Assembly (NCBI GenBank): GCA_044892505.1
Contig: CM097882.1
Location: 419,926,001 to 419,990,000 of the forward strand
Length of the DNA: 64,000 nucleotides
DNA from: Schmidtea nova
Lineage: Eukaryota
Reading direction: 5' to 3'
Shown here one piece after another: positions 1 to 10,327 of this stretch (position 1 is the stretch's first letter; each line of letters begins with the position of its first letter). The notes beneath the pieces are model-generated. The model was not told where the DNA came from. It worked only from the letters and a program-made list of their open reading frames with translations, and did not search any database. A program made the translations under genes and the position numbers.

Positions 1-357
1 ATTTACGATAATGGAAGATTAATTATTAATGAATTATGTATTATAAACGTTAATAATATTTTTAGACCTAAATATTACATATATAATAAAGTTTGTAGTG
101 AGTGGTATGAGGAGGAAGATTACTTTTGTCCTACATGTATTATGAAAGATATTGAAGATACTAGTGCTATTTTCTATGTCATGGATATGGATAAACTTAT
201 TGCTTTGAAGAAATATTTTCCCACTTTGAGATTAATCAAATATAATTTAAAAGAAATTGATGCTGTTCCCGATAATATTTCCTGTCCATATCGAGATCAT
301 AATGTATGTGCCTATAAAGGATGTTTGGTCGGCGCTATTGATTATTTAAAAGAATAA
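1..357 (+). CDS. Small Cys/His-rich Polinton-associated protein, 5'-truncated by the window edge (paralog of 12060-12461)
   Basis: Frame 1 is open from base 1 (IYDNGRLIINELCIINVNNIFRPKYYIY...EEDYFCPTCIMKD...SCPYRDHNVCAYKGC) and aligns along its length with the 133-aa ORF at 12060. Confidence 0.85.
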   Translation: MYDNGRLIINELCIINVNNIFRPKYYIYNKVCSEWYEEEDYFCPTCIMKDIEDTSAIFYVMDMDKLIALKKYFPTLRLIKYNLKEIDAVPDNISCPYRDHNVCAYKGCLVGAIDYLKE

Positions 358-518
358 ATGTATTAAATATTATTGTCTTTTATTATTATTATTATTATTA
401 TTTCATGACAAATATTATTTTATAAAAGAGACAAAGAAATTACATCACAATAAATGTATTAATTATTATTATTTTATAAAAGAGATAAAGACATTACATC
501 AGAATAAATGTATTAATG

Positions 519-606
<88 letters not shown>

Positions 607-660
607 ATATTTCATGACTAATATCATTTTATAAAAGAGATAAAGACATTACATCAGAGG
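350..660. repeat. About three imperfect tandem copies of an AATAAATGTATT...ATAAAAGAGA(C/T)AAAGA(A/C)ATTACATCA unit with (TTA)n tracts
   Basis: The repeated blocks and ATT microsatellite can be read directly; the block starts at the AATAAA signal after the upstream ORF. Confidence 0.7.
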
Positions 661-787
661 TCATGAACTCGAATGTCTTTATCAATTCACTTAGAAACTA
701 TCATGACATTATGTGTCATACACACATATAAACACAAACCATAAAGAAAATATACATGTACACATATTTCTCTTCCCTAAAACGATT

Positions 788-832
788 TTCATTGGCTGGT
801 TAATAACCGTTGAAAATATCTCACTTATATAC
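788..832 (+). promoter_or_regulatory. Putative Pol II promoter (inverted CCAAT box plus TATA) of the unit-A leader/PolB transcript
   Basis: ATTGG at 791-795 and TATATA at 826-831, about 75 nt before ATG 904; the same layout recurs at 12716/12742 and 20292/20319. Confidence 0.55.
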
Positions 833-903
833 CCTATCTTTACATTCTTTCTTCACTTTTAAAAATCAAATTTTACGATTTCATTAAATTTAATTAAATC
901 GAT

Positions 904-1490
904 ATGATCAACAACATCAATAATATTTGCAAGAATGTCAACGCTATGGGTAATTCTATTTTCATTTTATTATATAATTTTTATATCATTTATTTATTTA
1001 CAGCGTCATTGACTCCTTCATCGTTGAATGGAATTGCGCCGAAGAATATAGTCTTAGGATTAAATGGTATTTATTTAATTTCTTAAATATATTTTTTATT
1101 TTAAATTGTAGAAATTAAACAAGTTAATTCTGATTTATTCAGACCAATTGATCAACGTGGACGAATTTTTCCCACGGATATTATTGGAGAAACCTCTAAT
1201 GGTATTTTATTGTTTTATTTTAAATATATTCGTTCAATTAAAATTATAGGAAATAAACAAACTACCTCAAATGCTCAACGTGGACGAATTTTTCCCGCGG
1301 ATATTGATGCAGAATCTACTATCGGTAATTTATTATTTATTATTATTATTAAATACTTTTAATTTACAAATTATTTTTAGAAATTATAGACAATGATGAT
1401 CATATGTTCTCAATGACAGAAAAGATTTCTCTGCCTGAATCCGCTGATGAAGATGATGATGATGACGATAATGCTTGGTCTAAATGTTAG
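904..1490 (+). CDS. Five-exon small leader gene of unit A (exons 904-949, 1004-1066, 1112-1201, 1250-1324, 1381-1490), all introns phase 1
   Basis: GT...AG introns of 54, 45, 48 and 56 nt. The joined frame is open (MINNINNICKNVNAMASLTPSS...QRGRIFPTDI...QRGRIFPADI...LPESADEDDDDDDNAWSKC*) and contains an internal QRGRIFPxDI duplication. Confidence 0.75.
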
Positions 1491-1966
1491 TTATTATGGT
1501 ATTTTTGTAAAGTTTTATGATATTTTCTAACAACATTTNNNNNNNNNNNNNNNNNNNNNNNNNNNNNNNNNNNNNNNNNNNNNNNNNNNNNNNNNNNNNN
1601 NNNNNNNNNNNNNNNNNNNNNNNNNNNNNNNNNNNNNNNNNNNNNNNNNNNNNNNNNNNNNNNNNNNNNNNNNNNNNNNNNNNNNNNNNNNNNNNNNNNN
1701 NNNNNNNNNNNNNNNNNNNNNNNNNNNNNNNNNNNNNNNNNNNNNNNNNNNNNNNNNNNNNNNNNNNNNNNNNNNNNNNNNNNNNNNNNNNNNNNNNNNN
1801 NNNNNNNNNNNNNNNNNNNNNNNNNNNNNNNNNNNNNNNNNNNNNNNNNNNNNNNNNNNNNNNNNNNNNNNNNNNNNNNNNNNNNNNNNNNNNNNNNNNN
1901 NNNNNNNNNNNNNNNNNNNNNNNNNNNNNNNNNNNNNNNNNNNNNNNNNNNNNNNNNNNNNNNNNN

Positions 1967-2360
1967 AACTAAATACTCATAATGATTTAAATTCAGAATT
2001 TAACTTGTATAAAAATCTCTTGGATTATACTGTTTATTTATTATTATTTAATGTTATATTATAAAAATGATAAATTGTTTCTCTTTAATTATAATAATAA
2101 TAATTTATATTATCTCACGACGAAATCAAGATAATATTAATATTATTATTATTATTTTTAAATATATATGTAGAATTTTACAATTTTATTAAACCAAATA
2201 CCCATAATGATTTAAATTCAGAATTTAACTTGTATAAAAATCTCTTGGATTAAACTGTTTATTTATTATTATTTAATGTTATATATAAAAATGATAAATT
2301 GTTTCTCTTTAATTATAATAATAACTTACATTATCTCACGATGAAATCGAGATAATGTTA
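1967..2360. repeat. Tandem duplication with a period of about 225 bp
   Basis: AA(C/T)AAATAC(T/C)CATAATGATTTAAATTCAGAATTTAACTTG...GAAATC(A/G)AGATAAT occurs at about 1967 and about 2192. Confidence 0.85.
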
Positions 2361-2437
2361 AAATATTTTTATTTTTTCGAATTTTAATAATTTTAAAATT
2401 TTTTCATACATTTTTTAATATTCTATTGTATATTAAG

Positions 2438-5400
2438 GCTCCTTATATTCAAATTACTGTAATATGTCTGGTAGACATAGTTTTCAATGTCATAAACTTA
2501 TGACAAATTATTATCGTCAAAAGTTTAATGGTATTGACTACTATGTATGCCCAAAATGTGAGACTGCACAAACCTTACCCTACCCTGATTTTTATTTTGA
2601 ACATCGTATTCATCTCAATCAATTTTCGAAATCAAAGAAACTAGTCTTTCAAAATTCTTTTAAGAAATCATCAAATAAAACTTCATCGAAACCTTGGTCT
2701 AATAATGTTTCTGTCGATAAATTGTCTTCGGTTAAAACCTCATCGAAACTTCCGACTAATCCTAAATTATTAAATAATTTATTAAATAATACTAATATTG
2801 AAATAATTAATAAGAAACGCCCTGCTGATAAAATTAAAACCTTAGCACATAAAAAATCTAAACCCGAGATTATTATTATTAGCGATGACGAAATTATTAT
2901 AAGCGACGATGAAATTATTAATCAAATAGGAGGCTCCATCAATATCGATGATGAGCCAGTCATTGAAAAAGATTTAAGAGGATCTCGACGATCATTAACT
3001 TTTAATGTCGAATCACACAATATTAATAAAATAGCTCTCACTGAAAAAATTACGGAACGGCTAAATACCGAAATAATTAAAATGGGGAATGTAAAACTCC
3101 AATTTGCCCTAAATATAGAATTCGAAAAAGACGGGGTTTACAAAAATGAATTTATTTCAACTAAAGCTGAAATATTTTCAGATGATTTATTAATAGAGCT
3201 GATTAGTAAATTAAATAATAAAGTAGAGAAATTCACACATATGGGTAGCGGTTGGACTGTAAATAAAATTAGGGAAATACATTTTATTTTAACAAAATAT
3301 TCACAGATTACTAGATTATCAGGACGCTGTTATTTTAAAACCCCTACACAATTATTAAATAAAAGGGCTATTATTAATGTCGAAAATAGTGATAATCTAT
3401 GTTTCGTATATAGTGTGTTGGCCATAACGAAATATAGTTCAATTAGTAGTAATCGATGTGCAACTTCGAGTTACACCTCTTTTTTAAATAGTTTAGTATT
3501 TAATCCTATAGACGACTGCCCCATGAAGTTATGCAACATCCCAAAATTTGAAAATAATAATCCTGGTTTGGCTATTAATGTACTTTCTTACAGCTCTAAA
3601 GTAAATAGAGATTTTAATGACGAGGAAGACCCTGATTATGTAACTCATCATCCCCACTTAGAAATTATACATAAGACCAAATTAACACATTTAAACCCTA
3701 TTTATCTGTTATTGTTAGAAAATGAGGGGGTTTACCACTACACTGCAGTCATTAATTTACAAAAATTAATGAACTGTCACAAAAATAGGATTGTTTCAGC
3801 TAGGATACAATCTTTATGATGTCCACAGTGTTTAAATGGTTTCCGTAAAAAGGAAACATTCGATACGCATTACAATTTATGTAAAAGAAATCAGATAGGT
3901 ACAACTCTTTTTAGTTTACCAAAAAATAAATTTTTAGAATTTAAAGATTTTTCGAAAACCGTAACCCCACCATTCGTAATATATGGAGACTTCGAGTCTA
4001 TTTTACCGATTGATGACAGGTATCACCAAAAGCATTTACCCATATCAGCAGGGTTGTTACTTATTAATAATTTTAATAATACAAAATCTTATTACCAATT
4101 TATAGGTCTTGAATGCGTAATTGACTTTCTTCGGAAAGTGGAGGAAATTGCTGTCACAATTGTCCTGCCCTATTACGACATTCATGGACATGCTCCATTA
4201 GGGACATTGTCCATTTCTGAGGAACTAAATTTCAGATCTTGCTCTCATTGTTATCTGTGTAAAAAACCTATTAGAAATAGAGTAAGAGATCACGACCACT
4301 TCACCGGCAGATATCTTGGCCCAGCTTGCAACATTTGTAATATTTCCCGTAGAATAAGGAAACATTTGCCTGTAATCTTTCATAATTTGAGAGGTTACGA
4401 CCTACATCACATTTTGAAGTACGGTCTGAAAAAATTTCCTTCTTGGGAATTACATATTATTCCTACCACTACAGAGAAATTTATTTCTCTGATTGCTCAC
4501 ATTAATAAACTGGCTGTTAGGTTTATTGATAGTTACCAATTTGTAACAGCGTCTTTGGATAAAGCAGTTAAAACTCTGTCAGTTTTGCCGCTAACATCGT
4601 CTGTTTTCATCGGTTCCATTATGGATTGTAAGGGTATTTTCCCTTTTAATTTTGCTACGAGTCTTGAGATTCTTCAATCAACTCTTGAATTGCCACCTAT
4701 TTGGGAGGAAGTAACTGAGACTCAATATTTAAAAGCTCAGCAAATCTGGCGCGAACAAAATTGTACAAATTTATTAGACTATATGATGGTCTACCTAAAA
4801 TTGGACGTATTTCTCCTCGCAGATTTTTTCCAGCAATTCCGAGCTATGTCCATTGATCACAATGGCTTAGATCCTTTGAATTTTTATGGAATTCCTGGTA
4901 TGTCATGGGCATCAGCGCTCATGACATTACAGGAACCTATAGAACTTCTACAGGATATGGAAATGTATAATTTCTATGAAGGAGGAATACGGGGTGGATT
5001 GACATTTGTCAATAAACATTATGTTCAAGCGTCAGATGATACTGAGCTTTTATATATAGATATTAATAATCTATATGGTTGGGCTCTTAGCCAAAATCTT
5101 CCTTTCGGTGACTTTAAGTGGGTATATGAAAATCTTGATGTAGTCTTGGCTGAGTGTATGTCGACGGAAATTGATGATCTTCCATATGGGTACACATTGG
5201 AAGTTGATATCGAAATTCCTGAAAACATACACGACTTTTTGGATGATTTCCCTATTGCTGCGGAAAAGAGGTGCCCACCATTGTCGAAGGTTGAGAAGTT
5301 GATGCTCACGCATTACGCAAAGTATAACGATGTTATACATTGGCGACTTCTGAAGATGTTTGTTTTTCTTGGGGCTAAGATTATAAAAATCCATAGGGCG

Positions 5401-6399
5401 ATTAGGTTCAAACAGTCGACTATCTTTAAAAATTATATCGATATTAATACTCAGTTACGAGTAAATTCGACTAGCGAGTTTGGCAGGAATTTCTTTAAGC
5501 TGAAAATCAACAGTATTTATGGTAAATCCGTAGAAAATCTGAAAAAACGGATGAATTTGAGATTATGTAACTCGGCTGAAAAACTGATTACATATTCATC
5601 AAAGCCGTCATTTAGAAAATCAATCAAAATTGATGATAATCTTATTGCGGCACATCTGAATAAAGATTTGATATGTTTAGATAGGCCTAGTTATATCGGT
5701 CAAACGATACTAGATCTATCTAAATTGCGGATGTATCAACTACAATATGTTGAATTGCAGAAATATAGAGATCTCTTTGATTGTACTATAAGTCTTGTTG
5801 CTGGCGACACTGACTCGTTCTTTCTTGAGGTTAAAAACTGTAAACTCGATACTCTTTTACCGGCTATGATATCTGATTGTCTTTTAGACACTTCAAACTA
5901 TGATCACAACCATCCTTTATATTCGTGACAGCTTGACTCTGTTATAGGTAAATTTAAGGACGAGAGTAAGGGTTGTAGATATAAGGAATGGGTTTTCTTG
6001 CGTCCTAAATGTTATAGTCTTCTTGGTGATGACGAATACAACAAAGCCAAAGGGATTAAACTTAAGGAAACTAGAATAAAGCATCAATCTTATATTGATT
6101 GCTATCTGAATGACTGTATCATCACTGTTCCGCAAACTCGTATAGGAACTAAAAATCATCAGCTTTATACTATTAAAAACACCAAAATAGCTCTAACCAA
6201 TAAGGACGATAAGCGGGAATGGGTGGGGAGAAATGCAAGTCTCGCATTTGGGCATTATCTAGGAGTCAATGCTAGAGCCAATGACGATAATATTCCACCG
6301 GATCAATTGCCCGATCAATTAACAAATCTAATAAATGAGCCTCATATCAGTGATCCTTATGATTTCGGTGAATGGGCGGATCCATTTGAAAGAGTTTAA
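2438..6399 (+). pseudogene. polB: Protein-primed family-B DNA polymerase (pPolB) of Polinton/adintovirus unit A, with two in-frame TGA codons (3817-3819, 5926-5928)
   Basis: Track ORFs 2464, 4054 and 5998 share one frame. Motifs: ExoI YGDFES, Endonuclease-VII-like CYLC...RDHDHFTG...CNICN, FHNLRGYD, YIDINNLYG, KLKINSIYGK, GDTDSFF, KFKDE, LRPKCYS. The frame is open back to an AG acceptor at 2436-2437. Confidence 0.95.
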
Positions 6400-7107
6400 T
6401 CAGGTAATTTAAATGTTTAGTAAATTTCATCCCATCATTCATTACATATTCAGAATATTTCAAGCAGAAAAACAAAATCATTCAATTTTATTTCAATCAA
6501 AACATCATCCAATTTCATCAGAACATCAAATTTTTCATCATAATCATCATCATCTTCAACGACTCACATCCTACAAAAATATTTTCTGTTTTTTGATTAT
6601 CTATTTTTCAATAAAATTTTTCGAAAATTTATTTTTCTATATTTTCTATTAAAAATTTTATGTTTAATGTTTGGATAATTTAGNNNNNNNNNNNNNNNNN
6701 NNNNNNNNNNNNNNNNNNNNNNNNNNNNNNNNNNNNNNNNNNNNNNNNNNNNNNNNNNNNNNNNNNNNNNNNNNNNNNNNNNNNNNNNNNNNNNNNNNNN
6801 NNNNNNNNNNNNNNNNNNNNNNNNNNNNNNNNNNNNNNNNNNNNNNNNNNNNNNNNNNNNNNNNNNNNNNNNNNNNNNNNNNNNNNNNNNNNNNNNNNNN
6901 NNNNNNNNNNNNNNNNNNNNNNNNNNNNNNNNNNNNNNNNNNNNNNNNNNNNNNNNNNNNNNNNNNNNNNNNNNNNNNNNNNNNNNNNNNNNNNNNNNNN
7001 NNNNNNNNNNNNNNNNNNNNNNNNNNNNNNNNNNNNNNNNNNNNNNNNNNNNNNNNNNNNNNNNNNNNNNNNNNNNNNNNNNTTAAGATATTGTCACAAT
7101 TTAAAAA

Positions 7108-7524
7108 ATGCCAGCACGTAAATCAGCTTATGATATCAGTGAAGAAAGAAAAATCAATAATGAAGTCAAACCGGTTCAAATGTATTACGATTACAAAATA
7201 TATTTCTTAGTACAAGAAATACCATTTCGTTTGTCGTATCCAGTGAAATTAACAAAGTCTTTGTATGACAATTTAGCTGCAAATTTAAGTAAAGAAGATG
7301 TTGTGGCACTAAATAAAGTTTTATTCAAAATCAATAACAATTTAAGTTGCAAGGAAACCATATGGATTAACAATCGAAAAACTCGTTTCCATGATGCTTT
7401 CCAATCAATCGAATACAAGGATCAAGAAAATTGGTTTATTACCATAATAATTCAGGGCTATAAAATCGATACAAAGGATGTTATAACTCCAATTTGGAGA
7501 ATTGACAGTGCACGATATGCATAA
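7108..7524 (+). CDS. Hypothetical 138-aa protein downstream of PolB-A
   Basis: Intact ATG-to-TAA ORF with protein-like composition, followed by AATAAA-like signals; no recognised family. Confidence 0.65.
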   Translation: MPARKSAYDISEERKINNEVKPVQMYYDYKIYFLVQEIPFRLSYPVKLTKSLYDNLAANLSKEDVVALNKVLFKINNNLSCKETIWINNRKTRFHDAFQSIEYKDQENWFITIIIQGYKIDTKDVITPIWRIDSARYA

Positions 7525-7799
7525 ATGTTATTTTATAAATGTTATTTAATAAATGTTAGTAATTTAAATTTTAGTTTTTGATTGTTCCATTTTTTATAAG
7601 ATNNNNNNNNNNNNNNNNNNNNNNNNNNNNNNNNNNNNNNNNNNNNNNNNNNNNNNNNNNNNNNNNNNNNNNNNNNNNNNNNNNNNNNNNNNNNNNNNNN
7701 NNNNNNNNNNNNNNNNNNNNNNNNNNNNNNNNNNNNNNNNNNNNNNNNNNNNNNNNNNNNNNNNNNNNNNNNNNNNATAGAATAATTTTAAAGTTTTTA

Positions 7800-8930
7800 T
7801 ATTTGACCTACATAATTGTGACATAGAAAATTATCTATTTGACCTACTTTTTTCTTACATAGAAAAATTATATTTCACCTACTTTGTTGACCTTAAAGTA
7901 TCCTTAAAGTACCCTTAATTCTGACTTTGAAAAATTTTGCAATTTATTATTAACCTATTTAATTTTACATAGAAAAAATTTAGAAATTATTATTGACTTA
8001 CTTAATTTGTCCTCGTCGTGACCTTAAATTGACCTACTTAATTCTGACATAGAAAAATTTTGAAAAAATAAAGTTGACCTACTTATTTATGACATAGAAA
8101 AAATTTTCGTGACCTACTTAATTCTGACATAGAAAAATTTTAAAAAAAATAAAGTTGACCTACTTTTTTCTGACATAGAAAAATTTTTGAAAAAATAAAG
8201 TTGACCTACTTTTTTCTGACATAGAAAAATTTTAAGAAAAATAAAGTTGACCTACTTTTTTCTGACATAGAAAAATTTTTGAAAAAATAAAGTTGACCTA
8301 CTTTTTTCTGACATAGAAAAATTTTTGAAAAAATAAAGTTGACCTACTTTTTTCTGACATAGAAAAATTTTTGAAAAAATAAAGTTGACCTACTTTTTTC
8401 TGACATAGAAAAATTTTTTAAATTATTATTGACCTACTTAATTCGTTGTCATAGCAACTATCAAATTTTGAAAAAATTAAGTTGACCTACTTATTCGTTG
8501 TCATAGCAACTTAGAAATAGTTGACCTACTTTTTTCTGACATAGAAAAAATTTGAAATTTATATTTGACCTATTTATTTTAACCTTAAATTCACCTTAAA
8601 AATATTTGACCTACTTAATTTGTCCTTATCGTGACCTTAAATTGGCATTCTTTTTGACCTTATAGTGTCCTTAAAACGACCTTGACCTACTTTTTTGTCC
8701 TCAAAGTGTCCTTAAACCATAAATTTGACCTTAAATTCACCTTAAAGTGTCCTTAAAACGACCTTGACCTACTTTTTTGACCTTAAAGTGTCCTCAAAGT
8801 GACCTTAAGCGAAAAATTTGACCTTAAAGTGTCCTTAAAGTGTCCTTAAGCAAAAAATTTGACCTTAAATTGACCTACATAAAATTTGACCTACATAAAA
8901 AAAAAATTTCTAGGGGGGGGGGTCTTGACC
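7800..8930. repeat. Tandem array with a 46-bp core unit (AAAGTTGACCTACTTTTTTCTGACATAGAAAAATTTTTGAAAAAAT) and degenerate flanks, ending in a G-run
   Basis: A 46-bp period is visible (TTGACCTAC at 8155, 8201, 8247); roughly 30 TGACCT hexamers by eye count. Confidence 0.95.
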
Positions 8931-8931
8931 T

Positions 8932-9969
8932 ATATCTGGCGGGCTCACTTCCTACTACTTTCTACTTAGCAACAGTTGTCCCGATATACATCCAGATAAT
9001 ACTTCCAGTAATTTCATGGTCAATCTTTAAAATCCAATGTATTTGGACGGGATTTGGGAAGTCGCTCTCTTAGACTTTACATTTGTGTATAATCCATTTC
9101 CATTTTACAGTAAATCAGAAATTCGGTACAAAAAGAAAACTATACATACAAAATATAAAAATTTGATTATCAACAATCAACTTTGTGAAGTTGATATATC
9201 TAATCCTGCCGATGATATTGCTCAAATGAGTAGCGATAGACATTCTATTTATTTTACCTGTGATAATTTTCCCTTCACTATAACTTTTGATACTTTGGCA
9301 ATGGCAAAAAGAATGGGATTAACGAAACAGAGTATTGTAAGTCCTACAGATACATACAAGATACCGTTACCGGCATATGGTATAGATGGTCCATTAACGG
9401 AAAAAATTAGAATAAAGATGGAGTACAAGGCTGATTCTGCATTTATACATACATTTGCCGATAATTTATACATATCGAAACTGGATGAAATGCAATCATA
9501 TTTTATTCTAAATTGTGCAAGTATTTTTAAATCGTTGGAGTTGGTAGATGATAGTTACTTCAAATTCAGTTTGAATGCAGATGTTAGCGAAATAACCTTT
9601 GACAATAATCTTGTAAAAACATTGGGATTATCGAAAGCAACATATGCTCAAGATGGAAGCTTCACTGTTGGAATATATAAACCGAAAATAATTAAACTTC
9701 ATCAGCAAATGTTCATTTACAGTAATATAGTCAATCCTATAATTGTTGGTGATTCATTAGTTCCCATGTTGAAATCTGTATGGATTGAAAAATATGAACA
9801 GGATGAGGTTGTTCAAATACAAGTTGAAAATCCAATGTATTTATCTGTTTCAACATCCTGTATAAACAATATAGAAATAAATATCCGAGATGATAGTGGT
9901 AATTTAATAAACTTTCCAAAAAATTCCAAAACTCATTTGACTCTACATTTTCGAAAACATCATGAGTAA
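8932..9969 (+). pseudogene. Polinton minor capsid protein (penton), with in-frame TAA at 9028-9030 and no ATG before the conserved N-terminus
   Basis: Reading upstream of ORF 9037 in frame gives YYFLLSNSCPDIHPDNTSSNFMVNL*NPMYLDGIWEVAL. The C-terminus MFIYSNIVNPIIVGDSLVPMLKSV...NIEINIRDDSGNLINF...LTLHFRK is typical of Polinton penton proteins. Confidence 0.85.
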
Positions 9970-10327
9970 TCCCGATATAATTTCATTGTACAGTAATAGT
10001 CAAACTGGTGGCGAATTACCGTATTTTATAGGTAAACAGTATGGATCAGGTTGGTTGAAAACTATTGGAAGATTTGCACTTCCACTACTTAAGCGACTCG
10101 GTAGTTTTGGAATGAAAACTGCTAAAGACGTTATAATGAAAGATCAGAAAATTTTGCCTACTTTGAAAACGAATACTATGTAGGCTGTATCCAAGGCGAT
10201 ACCGTCAATTTCAAATATGTTTTCCAAAAATGAACCGGAACCTGAACCAGTAGGACCAAGACGTAACAAGATTAGAAAACGTATAAACAAACGAATGAAA
10301 GGTCATGGAACTATATTTGAAGAATGA
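9962..10327 (+). pseudogene. Small basic Polinton core/virion protein (QxGG and QxGxG type), with in-frame TAG at 10181-10183
   Basis: YSNSQTGGELPYFIGKQYGSGWLKTIGRFALPLLK; the frame continues past the TAG through an Arg/Lys-rich tail to a TGA that overlaps the MCP ATG. Confidence 0.75.

Noticed and set aside
7800-8930. CRISPR-like array (also considered for 19449-19660, 34380-36022 and 52064-52330)
   Set aside because: The units are contiguous tandem repeats without unique spacers, there are no cas genes, and the context is eukaryotic.
8950-8965. ACTACT/AGTAGT as a Polinton terminus (also 14117-14125)
   Set aside because: Both fall inside conserved coding frames (penton YYF; PolB-B N-terminus) and have no partner inverted repeat or TSD.
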